From Oscillospiraceae bacterium (lineage in GTDB: Bacteria; Bacillota; Clostridia; Oscillospirales; CAG-272): a stretch of 64,000 nt of DNA. The notes under the pieces were generated by a model. It saw nothing but the letters and a program-made list of their open reading frames with translations. It was not told the origin of the DNA and searched no databases. Position numbers and translations under genes: made by a program. Shown here piece by piece: positions 7,233 to 15,941 of this stretch. Location: the NCBI GenBank assembly GCA_015064735.1, contig SVRP01000002.1:82591-146590 (forward strand). Direction: 5' to 3'. Position 1 is the first letter of the stretch; each line of letters starts with the position of its first letter.

Positions 7233-8459
7233 ATGAACGTACTTGTTATAAACGCAGGCTCAAGCTCGCTTAAGTATCAGCTTATCGATACCGATACAGA
7301 TACGCTTTACGCGAAGGGCGTTTGTGAGAGAATCGGCGGAGCCGGATCTCTTATTGAGCACAAGCAGATTATTAAAGGAATTAAGGTTAAAAAGGAAAGT
7401 CCTATGAAGGACCACGCAGAGGCAATGCGACTCGTTGTTGAGTATCTCGTTGATCCTGAGGTTGGATGCATTAAGAGCATGGATGAAATCCAGGCTATCG
7501 GACACCGTGTTGTCCACGGCGGCGCTTACTTCTCTCAGTCTATTCTTCTTAACGACGACGTTCTTGCAAAGCTTGACAAGTGCCGCGACTTTGCTCCCCT
7601 TCACACTATAGCTCACCTTATGGGAATCAAGGGCTGCCTCGAGACTATGCCCGGTAAGCCTCAGGCACTTGTATTCGATACCGCATTCCACCAGACCATG
7701 GCTCCCGAAGCATACGTATATGCTCTTCCCTATGAAATGTACGAAAAGTACGGAATCCGCCGTTACGGTGCGCACGGAACATCTCACAGATACGTCAGTG
7801 CTGAAATGGCAAAGATTCTCGGCAAGCCTGTTGAAGAAACCAAGATTGTAACCTGCCACATCGGTAACGGTTCTTCTATTTCCGCAGTTAAGGGTGGAAA
7901 GGTTATGGATACATCTATGGGCTTTACTCCTCTTGCAGGCGTTGAGATGGGTACCCGTTGCGGAGATATTGACCCTGCTATCGTTCCCTACATGATGGAA
8001 AAGGAAAATCTCACCCCCGCGCAGGTAAACGATCTTATGAACAAAAAGTCGGGATTTCTCGGAGTTTCCGGATTTTCCTCTGACTCCAGAGACCTTGAAA
8101 GCGCAATAGCAGACGGTCCTTCTAATCCCAACTACGAAAGAGCAAAGCTTGCGGTAGATATTCTCAAGCACAATATCAAAAAGTTCATCGGCGCATACAC
8201 CGCTGTTATGAACGGACTCGACGCTGTAGTATTTACGGCAGGCATCGGTGAGAACAATCCTCACCTTCGTGAGCTTGTATGCGAGGATATGGAATTCTTC
8301 GGAATTAAATTTGATAAGGCTGCAAATGATGCCGCACCTCACGTTTCCGAGAACACTAAGATTTCTGCTGACGACTCTAAGGTAGCTGTTTACGTTCTTC
8401 CCACCAATGAAGAGCTTGTAATCGCTAAGGATACCGCAGCATTGGTAGCTGAGCTTTAA
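7233..8459 (+). CDS. ackA: Acetate kinase
   Basis: MNVLVINAGSSSLKYQL..., HRVVHGG, and the TSMGFTPLAG/GTRCGDIDP motifs. I prefer ATG 7233 (GGAGG 7 nt upstream) over the track start at 7203. Confidence 0.95.
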   Translation: MNVLVINAGSSSLKYQLIDTDTDTLYAKGVCERIGGAGSLIEHKQIIKGIKVKKESPMKDHAEAMRLVVEYLVDPEVGCIKSMDEIQAIGHRVVHGGAYFSQSILLNDDVLAKLDKCRDFAPLHTIAHLMGIKGCLETMPGKPQALVFDTAFHQTMAPEAYVYALPYEMYEKYGIRRYGAHGTSHRYVSAEMAKILGKPVEETKIVTCHIGNGSSISAVKGGKVMDTSMGFTPLAGVEMGTRCGDIDPAIVPYMMEKENLTPAQVNDLMNKKSGFLGVSGFSSDSRDLESAIADGPSNPNYERAKLAVDILKHNIKKFIGAYTAVMNGLDAVVFTAGIGENNPHLRELVCEDMEFFGIKFDKAANDAAPHVSENTKISADDSKVAVYVLPTNEELVIAKDTAALVAEL

Positions 8460-8492
8460 TACATTATAACATATAGTATTACAAAAATCAAT

Positions 8493-8527
8493 AAAAATCC
8501 GTCCCAAACAGGGACGGATTTTTATTT
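8493..8527. terminator. Bidirectional rho-independent terminator (ackA / zinc-ribbon gene)
   Basis: AAATCCGTCCC (8495-8505) pairs with GGGACGGATTT (8511-8521), flanked by an A-run and a T-run. Confidence 0.75.
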
Positions 8528-8568
8528 GCTCAATTACGATATACCAATTTTATTTTGATACGTTGACC

Positions 8569-8886
8569 TTACTGAGCGTTCTTGATCTCTTCGAAACATG
8601 CACTGCAGTATACGGGTCTGTCGTTGGAAGGCTGGAAAATAACCTTAGCAACGCCACCGCACTTTGCGCACGTGGTCTCGAAGTATTCACGAGGAGCTCT
8701 TCCTGCGTTCTTCTTGGCGTCGCGGCAAGCCTTGCAGCTCTTAGGCTTATTCAAAAAGCCCTTCTCCTTGTAGAAAGCCTGCTCACCTGCTGTGAAAACA
8801 AACTCGTTTCCGCACTCCTTGCATACAAGAGTTTCATCAACAAACTCGTTTTCAGCAACTTCTCCAACTTTTACTTCTTCGTTCAT
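8569..8886 (-). CDS. Zinc-ribbon protein with two CxxC...CxxC units
   Basis: CKECGNEFVFTAGEQAFYKEKGFLNKPKSCKACR and CAKCGGVAKVIFQPSNDRPVYCSACF. Start placed at ATG 8886 (GAGGT RBS) rather than track start 8940. Confidence 0.7.
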   Translation of the reverse strand: MNEEVKVGEVAENEFVDETLVCKECGNEFVFTAGEQAFYKEKGFLNKPKSCKACRDAKKNAGRAPREYFETTCAKCGGVAKVIFQPSNDRPVYCSACFEEIKNAQ

Positions 8887-8981
8887 GATTTTACCTCGCT
8901 TTGAAAATGGTTTTTTCGGAACACGGTGCTGAAGAATCACCGTAATCCGTATCTGATCGGCTTTGCCGTATCATTAAAGTG

Positions 8982-9578
8982 TCATTTGAGAAAAGCTCTG
9001 AGTTTTCTCCGTATCCTATATACTGCATTCCATACGGATTTTTCATCCTTATCGACTACGTCTCCAATCTCCTTTGCCGTTCTGCCCGACATATAAAGAC
9101 ACCATACAGTATATTCAAAGGAAGAAAGATTTTTACGGATAACAGAGTACAACGCCTTTACTCTCTCCTCTTCCAATACCCTATCGGAAGGATCCTCAGA
9201 ATCATGAACGAAAAACATAGAACTTGTCGAGTCTGTTAACTGTTCCGCTGTATGCTTTTTATGCAATCTTAACTGAGATACTAACGCATTGGAAATACAA
9301 ATTTTCGAATACAGTCCGAATTCAACCTCAGACTGATCAATATCGAAGGTTTGAATCGCACTGTAAAATTTTAAAACAGCCTCTTGACGAAGATCGTCGT
9401 AGCTAGCTCCGCCGTCATATGCATCGTAAAACTTTGATACCTGAGCTTCAATTAAAGGATCATACCTTTGAACCAGCTCGGAAAACGAATCCTGATCCCC
9501 ATTGCGAACCTTTTTTATAAGCTCAATAATTTTTTCCTTATCAAACGCATCGGTAAATTCCATGCTCAAAATTTTCAC
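8982..9578 (-). CDS. Sigma-70 family RNA polymerase sigma factor
   Basis: Region 2-like (FSELVQRYDPLIEAQVSKF...DLRQEAVLKFYSAIQTFD) and a C-terminal region-4 HTH (RTAKEIGDVVDKDEKSVWNAVYRIRRKLR). The start is uncertain: GTG 9578 or ATG 9563. Confidence 0.75.
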   Translation of the reverse strand: MKILSMEFTDAFDKEKIIELIKKVRNGDQDSFSELVQRYDPLIEAQVSKFYDAYDGGASYDDLRQEAVLKFYSAIQTFDIDQSEVEFGLYSKICISNALVSQLRLHKKHTAEQLTDSTSSMFFVHDSEDPSDRVLEEERVKALYSVIRKNLSSFEYTVWCLYMSGRTAKEIGDVVDKDEKSVWNAVYRIRRKLRAFLK

Positions 9579-9709
9579 CGCCTAAAGCATATAGTTAGGG
9601 CTTATTACCTCTATTATATCATGAAATTGTATAATGTCAATAGGTTATTACAAATTATTTTTGTAAAATTATAACGAAAATTAGCAATTTTCAAAAAAAA
9701 TAAAATACT

Positions 9710-10258
9710 TTAGTCGAACAAGTAATTTACGTTACCTGCAAGGAGAGCTGTTACACCTCTGTATATCGCCTCGGGTCTGTCATAAAAGTTCTGCCTCATT
9801 GCCTCTGCACGCTGAACGGTATCAACTACGAGGGTTTGACTGAATATCATTACGCCCTTTTCGGTAAAGGATGCATTGACCGAATATCTGCCATCATCAG
9901 TCTTTTCAATAATACATTTAGCAACGATATTCCTCTTTTTGAAGTTAAGGTATCTTAATGCTGCGGAGAGAGATTTATCTAAAATTGACGGTAAAATATC
10001 GGTTTTAAGCTCTCGTGCAACAATTCTTCCCTTTTCGGTTATAGCATAAACAGACTCCTCGTCGAGAATATCTATTTTTTCAATAAGATCACTGTCAAGC
10101 ATCCCGTTAAATGCTTCTGCGAAATCGAGATACATCACGTAATCCGTCTGCATAACTATATCGTTTATTGTAACAAAATCAAGAGGATAGTTTATGTTTT
10201 CCATGAGATACAATACAAATATTTTTACATTTCTTACACTGGCTATTGTTCCTCCCAT
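9710..10258 (-). CDS. DUF4364-family protein (predicted winged-helix, function unknown)
   Basis: The pattern KIFVLYLMENINYPLDFVTINDIVMQ...YAITEKGR recalls DUF4364. Start placed at ATG 10258 with an AAGGAG RBS. Confidence 0.6.
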   Translation of the reverse strand: MGGTIASVRNVKIFVLYLMENINYPLDFVTINDIVMQTDYVMYLDFAEAFNGMLDSDLIEKIDILDEESVYAITEKGRIVARELKTDILPSILDKSLSAALRYLNFKKRNIVAKCIIEKTDDGRYSVNASFTEKGVMIFSQTLVVDTVQRAEAMRQNFYDRPEAIYRGVTALLAGNVNYLFD

Positions 10259-10412
10259 CGAAAAACTCCTTTCTGAATCCAAAATAGTATTACTTTACAT
10301 AAATATTTTATCATAAAATCAAAAAAATTTCAATATATATTTGCAATTCTCAAAAAAATGTGGTATTATATTATAGATATCTCATTTTATAACAGATTTG
10401 CGAGGAAAAATA

Positions 10413-11618
10413 ATGATTAACATTGCAATATTAGGCTTTGGCGTAGTTGGAAGCGGTACTGCCGAGGTACTTACCGAGAACAAAAAAATCATTGAAGAAA
10501 GATTGGGATGTGAATATAATATTAAGTATATTCTTGATCTCCGCGATTTTCCGGATAGTCCCTTTTCCTCTTTGATAACCCATGATTTCAAGGATATTCT
10601 TGATGACCCCGAGGTTTCCGTGGTAGCGGAAATGATGGGTGGCTCTCATCCCGCATACGATTTTACCAAGGCATGTCTCGAAGCCGGAAAAAATGTGGTT
10701 ACGTCGAATAAAGAGGTTGTATCCACCTTCGGTGTTGAGCTTTGCGAAATTGCTCGCAAAAATGGTGTAAGATACCTGTTTGAAGCAAGTGTTGGCGGTG
10801 GTATTCCGGTTATCCGTCCTATGATAAACGACCTCTCCTCAAATAAGATAAACAAGATTAGCGGTATTCTTAACGGAACCACCAACTATATTCTTACCTC
10901 CATGAAAAATGAAGGTGCAAGCTTTGATGATGCTCTTTTGTGTGCGCAAAAGCTTGGATACGCGGAAGCAAATCCCTCCGCAGACGTAGACGGCATAGAC
11001 GCAGCGCGTAAAATTGTTATTCTTGCAGCATTGGCTTCAGGTAAGCTTATTGATCCTAGGGCTATTCCTACCGTGGGTATAACAAAGATCACTCTTGCAG
11101 ATACCGAAATGGCAAAAGAATTCGGTTGTACCATAAAGCTTATCGGATATTCCGAAATTGTTGACGGAAAGCTTTGCGCGTTTGTTTCTCCCAGATTTGT
11201 TCCAACTACAAATCCCCTTTCGAGAATCGATGACGTATTCAACGGAATACTCATAAATGCAAATATGGTCGGAGACGTAATGTTCTACGGTCCGGGTGCG
11301 GGAAAGCTTCCCACTGCAAGTGCAGTAGTCGCAGATATAATCGATATAATTGCCAACATAGATTCAGAGGTTAAGCCTATCGTTTGGGAAACGGCTTCAG
11401 AATCGGATATTAATAATTTCAGCGAATATTCCTGCCCAAGAGTATTTATATTTAACTGTAAGGCAAATATCCCCGCATCTCTTTCGAAATACGAAATCAA
11501 AGAATCAGGTAATAACATATGCGGCATAATGACAGATTCTATTACGGAGAACGAAGCAGATACAATCGCTGCTGAGTTTGGCAATAATAATCTCATTTCA
11601 GTTTACAGAGTTTTATAA
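10413..11618 (+). CDS. hom: Homoserine dehydrogenase
   Basis: NAD-binding IAILGFGVVGSG, a catalytic domain (FEASVGGGIPVI, LNGTTNYILT, AEANPSADVDGIDAARK) and a C-terminal ACT-like region. Start at ATG 10413. Confidence 0.9.
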   Translation: MINIAILGFGVVGSGTAEVLTENKKIIEERLGCEYNIKYILDLRDFPDSPFSSLITHDFKDILDDPEVSVVAEMMGGSHPAYDFTKACLEAGKNVVTSNKEVVSTFGVELCEIARKNGVRYLFEASVGGGIPVIRPMINDLSSNKINKISGILNGTTNYILTSMKNEGASFDDALLCAQKLGYAEANPSADVDGIDAARKIVILAALASGKLIDPRAIPTVGITKITLADTEMAKEFGCTIKLIGYSEIVDGKLCAFVSPRFVPTTNPLSRIDDVFNGILINANMVGDVMFYGPGAGKLPTASAVVADIIDIIANIDSEVKPIVWETASESDINNFSEYSCPRVFIFNCKANIPASLSKYEIKESGNNICGIMTDSITENEADTIAAEFGNNNLISVYRVL

Positions 11619-11621
11619 ATC

Positions 11622-11651
11622 AAAAAAGAGACTGCAAGCAGTCTCTTTTTT
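11622..11651. terminator. Bidirectional terminator between hom and the Cys-rich gene
   Basis: GAGACTGC (11628-11635) pairs with GCAGTCTC (11638-11645), flanked by A6 and T6. Confidence 0.75.
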
Positions 11652-11659
11652 GATTTAGA

Positions 11660-12502
11660 TTAACTTCCGCAACCGCACTTTGGAGGATTGTTATTCTCGC
11701 ATCTTGCGGGAATATAATCGGGCGGACAAAATTCCTGTGTTGGGAATGCCATATTGCGGAAAACCGCACAAGGGTTATCGTCTTCTGCTGAAATACATTC
11801 CTTATCGGGAACGCAGTACTCGGTAGCGTTAATAATATACTGAGCAGGACGAACAAGTCTTATAACCGAGAAAATTCCAAAAGATACGGAAATATATCTG
11901 CCCTCGGAATCACAAAGAGTGCCGTTAACCGACGATGCAATTCCCGATGGTATATCGTTACAGCAACAGCAGCAACAGCAATGCTCCTCGGGTTCGCGGA
12001 CCTTTGTGCCGAGGATTATGGGATCAACGGCTTCTACGATTGCAACGGGAAGATTCTTGGTTGAACAGCAGGGTTCGGGTATTGCACAAAAATCAGAAGA
12101 TGCGCCTGTGCTCTTGAATACGTTTACGTTACTTTCGCTTCCGTAAAGTATTACTCTCTTCTCTACTACCGCAACACCCTCAAATTCCTGACTTCTGCCT
12201 CCGCACAAACAAGCTTCAAAGGTTATCTTGATATAGAATTTAATTGTTATCGAATAAAATCCTCTGTTAAATCTTACCGGATCTATTCCGATGTACGTCC
12301 ACGAAATACATGCGCTTTTGGCTCTTATATTCGCTGTGTGCTCAAGGATCTCGTTGCCGAAATCGGTAAGCAATACCTTAACATCCTCAAAGCAATCCTT
12401 ATCGCGGCAGGAATCAAGTATACGGTTTGCTTCGATACAAACCGTTTCGGGCTTCATAGGATGCTTATCTGACTGAAAGCATGAAAATCTGTTATCCGAC
12501 AT
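11660..12502 (-). CDS. Cysteine-rich hypothetical protein (280 aa, 25 Cys, Cys7 run)
   Basis: Long ORF with an AAGGAG RBS 10 nt upstream of ATG 12502. HCCCCCCCN is encoded at 11960-11980. No family recognised. Confidence 0.7.
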   Translation of the reverse strand: MSDNRFSCFQSDKHPMKPETVCIEANRILDSCRDKDCFEDVKVLLTDFGNEILEHTANIRAKSACISWTYIGIDPVRFNRGFYSITIKFYIKITFEACLCGGRSQEFEGVAVVEKRVILYGSESNVNVFKSTGASSDFCAIPEPCCSTKNLPVAIVEAVDPIILGTKVREPEEHCCCCCCCNDIPSGIASSVNGTLCDSEGRYISVSFGIFSVIRLVRPAQYIINATEYCVPDKECISAEDDNPCAVFRNMAFPTQEFCPPDYIPARCENNNPPKCGCGS

Positions 12503-12714
12503 ATTTATAAAATCTCCTTTCGGATTAATCACAAAAGCATTTTGCTTTGTCTCTTTATTATAATATGCCGTCAAAAATGTTTTGACAACAACCGGATTAT
12601 TATATTTTACTATAAAAGGATAAAATATAAAAAGATATTTTCATTTACCTCTTGCAAAAATCTGCAAAATGTATTAGAATATATATATTATTACTTTGTT
12701 TCTGTGAGGACGGT

Positions 12715-14199
12715 ATGCAAACGATCGGATTTGATAATAACAAGTATATTCAACTGCAGTCGCAGAAGATTCAGGAAAGAATCTCAAGTTTCGGTGGAAA
12801 GCTGTATCTTGAATTTGGGGGAAAGCTTTTTGATGACTACCATGCGTCCCGTGTTCTGCCCGGCTTTAAACCTGACAGTAAGATTCATATGCTTCTCAGC
12901 ATGAAAGACGATGCCGAGACTATCATTGTAGTTTCTGCTTCTGCTATTGAGCAAAACAAAATACGCGGAGATTTAGGTATCACGTATGATATGGACACCT
13001 TAAGACTTATTGATACATTTGCGGAAATAGGTATCCTTATCGGCGGAGTTGTTATTACTCAGTATATGCGTCAGCCCTCGGTTGATGCTTTTATTAAGCG
13101 TCTTGAAAATCTCGGAATCCGTGTATACCGCCACTATCCTATTGAAGGATATCCTACAAACGTTCCAAAGATCGTAAGTGAAAATGGCTATGGAAAAAAC
13201 GAATACGTAGAAACCACCAAGCCGCTCGTTGTTGTTACAGCTCCCGGTCCCGGTAGTGGAAAAATGGCTACCTGCCTTTCACAGCTTTATCACGACCACA
13301 TTAGAGGAATAAAAGCCGGATACGCAAAATTTGAAACATTCCCCGTTTGGAATCTTCCCTTACGTCATCCCGTAAATATGGCTTATGAGGCTGCAACGAT
13401 TGATCTTAATGACGTAAATATGATAGACCCCTATCATCTTGAGGCTACGGGTATTACTGCAGTCAATTATAACAGAGACGTTGAAATATTCCCCGTTCTC
13501 CGTGCAATCTTTGAAAAGATTTACGGAACCTGTCCTTATAAATCCCCTACGGATATGGGAGTAAATATGGCAGGATACTGTATTACGGATAACGACGTAG
13601 TCTGTCGAGCTTCAAAAATGGAGATAATCAGACGCTATTACGATACTCTTTGCCGTAAGCGTAACGGCATCGCCGATGCAGAGGAGATTTACAAGGCAGA
13701 GCTTATTATGAATCAGGTAGGTATTGATACAAGCTTCCGTCAGGTGGTAAGATTTGCGCTTGAAAAGGCTGAAAGCACAGGAGATCCTGCCGCTGCCATT
13801 GAGCTTCCCGACGGTACTGTTGTAACCGGAAAAACGTCAAATCTTATGGGACCCGCAGCTGCTGCTCTTCTTAATGCGCTTAAAAAGCTGGGGGGAATAA
13901 ACGACGAATTCCTTCTTCTTCCTCCCGTTGTTATCGAGCCCTTACAAAAGCTCAAGATTGAAAATCTCGGCAACCAAAACCCCAGATTGCACGCAGATGA
14001 GATACTCATGGCTCTTGCGATATCCGCGACTACCAATCCCGTTGCCGCTCTTGCCATGGAACAGCTTCACAAGCTTCGCGGATGTCAAGCTCATATAAGC
14101 GTTATTGTCTCAAACGTAGACAAGAATATTTACAGAAAGCTCGGCATGGACCTTACATGTGAGCCAATATACGAAAGCAAAAAATTCTTTCACAGATAA
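12715..14199 (+). CDS. DUF1846 (UPF0371) family protein
   Basis: The N-terminus MQTIGFDNNKYIQLQSQKIQERI...KLYLEFGGKLFDDYHASRVLPGF is the conserved DUF1846 signature as I recall it. About 495 aa. Start at ATG 12715 (GAGGA RBS). Confidence 0.8.
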   Translation: MQTIGFDNNKYIQLQSQKIQERISSFGGKLYLEFGGKLFDDYHASRVLPGFKPDSKIHMLLSMKDDAETIIVVSASAIEQNKIRGDLGITYDMDTLRLIDTFAEIGILIGGVVITQYMRQPSVDAFIKRLENLGIRVYRHYPIEGYPTNVPKIVSENGYGKNEYVETTKPLVVVTAPGPGSGKMATCLSQLYHDHIRGIKAGYAKFETFPVWNLPLRHPVNMAYEAATIDLNDVNMIDPYHLEATGITAVNYNRDVEIFPVLRAIFEKIYGTCPYKSPTDMGVNMAGYCITDNDVVCRASKMEIIRRYYDTLCRKRNGIADAEEIYKAELIMNQVGIDTSFRQVVRFALEKAESTGDPAAAIELPDGTVVTGKTSNLMGPAAAALLNALKKLGGINDEFLLLPPVVIEPLQKLKIENLGNQNPRLHADEILMALAISATTNPVAALAMEQLHKLRGCQAHISVIVSNVDKNIYRKLGMDLTCEPIYESKKFFHR

Positions 14200-14226
14200 T
14201 CGGTAAAATCTTAATTTAACATAGTC

Positions 14227-14264
14227 AAGGGGCTGTCTCAAATAAAATTTTGAGACAGCCCCTT
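14227..14264. terminator. Bidirectional terminator hairpin (member of a recurring GGGGCTGTCTCAAA/TTTGAGACAGCCCC family)
   Basis: AAGGGGCTGTCTCAAA (14227-14242) pairs with TTTGAGACAGCCCCTT (14249-14264). Confidence 0.75.
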
Positions 14265-14275
14265 TATGTTTGCAG

Positions 14276-15541
14276 TTATGTTTTTCTCTTCTTAAAATAT
14301 GATTTCATAGCAACAGTCAAGATAATACCAATCAAAGGAAAAATTCCCGCTATAAGAAGTCCCGAACGCATACCTATCTGTTCGGTAGTTACGTTAAATG
14401 TATTTGCAAGAGATGTTCCAAATGCGGAAGAAGATATGATATCTGCCGCCGCTCCCACCATTTGAGGTGCAACGGAACATCCAAGATCACCTCCGGCAGC
14501 CATAAGAGCGTATGCCGCTACACCTGCTGTTGGGAATTTTTCGCCGACAAGTATTATATTTCCCGGCCAAAGCATAGAAACGCAAAAACCTGAAAGTACA
14601 CAGGCAATAAGTCCTACGTACGCGTTTCCTGACAGACTTGCAATTATGTAGCACACCGCCGAACCGCTCATTCCAAATATCATAAAATTCAAAATATTCT
14701 TTCCGCATTTTGAATATAAAGTTCTTCCAAGACCCAAAGCGGCGGCAAACATTGCCATTCCCAATATATTACCGACTATTTTGGAAATTCCCAGCGCTTT
14801 TTCCACATATCCTGATATCCACTGGGTCATTGCCCCCTCTGCGGCGCCTCCGAGAAATATACAGAAAAAGCACATGAGAAGACCTACGCCGAAAAGCTTT
14901 CCATTCTCCTGTTTTTCCGAATTAACATAAATCTTTGGAATCGGCGATCTTAAAAACATAATAAACGTAGAAATCGGAAAAAGCGAAAATGTCAAAGGAA
15001 GCCACATCCAATTTTGTGTTCCGATAAGAGATAAAAAGACAGTTCCGAAAATAACTACACCTACAAGTCCCCACGCATAGGTTGAATGGAGCTTACTCAT
15101 GTCTCTTTCCGGATTATCAGACGGAATTGCAGCTATAACAGGGCTGATGAGCACCTCACAAAGTCCTGCGGATGCGGAAAAGATAACCGTTCCAACAGAC
15201 AGCCACAAATATGCCGAGCTTGGGAATAATGCCGGCATAATCGAATATATAAATAATCCGATTATTGTTAACAAAGGCATAGTAATTATTGTTTTTCGTA
15301 TATTAAACACTGATGGAAAAAAAGTAAATATCAAATCAACCGCCAATTGCGTACAAAAGTTGATAACTACCAAAAATCCTAAAAGTGTATATGAAATTCC
15401 GTACGTTTCTTTAAAGGTAACAAACAGAATCGGAGAAATTGCTCCTACTGCCGCCATACCTACGTTGGTCATATAGCATGCAAATTTCGTAAGTCTGTAT
15501 TTTTTATTTTCGATTACTGATATCATTTTCTGTTTTCTCAC
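14276..15541 (-). CDS. MFS transporter
   Basis: 421 aa with about 12 hydrophobic segments in a 6+6 arrangement. The start is uncertain, because 15541 overlaps the upstream gene by 38 nt. Confidence 0.75.
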   Translation of the reverse strand: MRKQKMISVIENKKYRLTKFACYMTNVGMAAVGAISPILFVTFKETYGISYTLLGFLVVINFCTQLAVDLIFTFFPSVFNIRKTIITMPLLTIIGLFIYSIMPALFPSSAYLWLSVGTVIFSASAGLCEVLISPVIAAIPSDNPERDMSKLHSTYAWGLVGVVIFGTVFLSLIGTQNWMWLPLTFSLFPISTFIMFLRSPIPKIYVNSEKQENGKLFGVGLLMCFFCIFLGGAAEGAMTQWISGYVEKALGISKIVGNILGMAMFAAALGLGRTLYSKCGKNILNFMIFGMSGSAVCYIIASLSGNAYVGLIACVLSGFCVSMLWPGNIILVGEKFPTAGVAAYALMAAGGDLGCSVAPQMVGAAADIISSSAFGTSLANTFNVTTEQIGMRSGLLIAGIFPLIGIILTVAMKSYFKKRKT

Positions 15542-15941
15542 AAATCTCTAAAGAAAAAATCTCGTCTATATCAATAGCTTTTTTTGAGGAAAGGATCACC
15601 TTTCTTTCAAAATCGTCAATTTTATATACTGTTTCTTCCACAGTTTTATACTCTCCGCCGCTCTTTTTGCTATCGTAGATAAAGTATATTATTTTAACTT
15701 TAGGCTTATTTTTTATATTGTCAAAAATGTATTGAAGCTTCCGGTCAATAAGCTCCTTTTCATATTCATCAAGTTCAATTCGTTCGGATGTGAGGCGCTG
15801 AACCTCACTTACGGTATCTCCGTACCCTGTTAGCGCGGAAAACGGGGCAAACTGCGCAGCTCTGTCGGACACGGGCATTTGGCGTCTACTTTTTGATACG
15901 TGATGAGGAAGCGCTATTATATCGTCATATTCACCGCTCAT
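15504..15941 (-). CDS. YolD-like protein
   Basis: 145 aa. The motif SRRQMPVSDRAAQFAPFSALTGY is typical of YolD-like proteins. The start overlaps the polymerase stop (ATGA). Confidence 0.7.
   Translation of the reverse strand: MSGEYDDIIALPHHVSKSRRQMPVSDRAAQFAPFSALTGYGDTVSEVQRLTSERIELDEYEKELIDRKLQYIFDNIKNKPKVKIIYFIYDSKKSGGEYKTVEETVYKIDDFERKVILSSKKAIDIDEIFSLEICEKTENDISNRK

Noticed and set aside
7260-8507. A 415-aa ORF antisense to the whole of ackA
   Set aside because: The translation is low-complexity junk (rich in C/R/S/L/N runs) with no motifs. It is a typical shadow ORF on the complement of a strongly codon-biased gene, and ackA on the plus strand is unambiguous.
11919-12146. A plus-strand ORF with a poly-Gln run (QQQQQQQ) and a CAG/CAA-like microsatellite appearance at 11960-11980
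   Set aside because: It is the antisense reading of the Cys7 run (TGC/TGT codons) of the much longer, RBS-supported minus-strand CDS. The tract alternates codons and is not a perfect tandem repeat.
12540-12570. A possible SigK-type promoter (CATATTATA matches CATAnnnTA) upstream of the Cys-rich gene
   Set aside because: The required AC element is not found at the expected 16-17 nt spacing; the nearest AC is 11 nt away. In such AT-rich DNA the -10-like match alone is not meaningful. It remains only a hypothesis to test experimentally.
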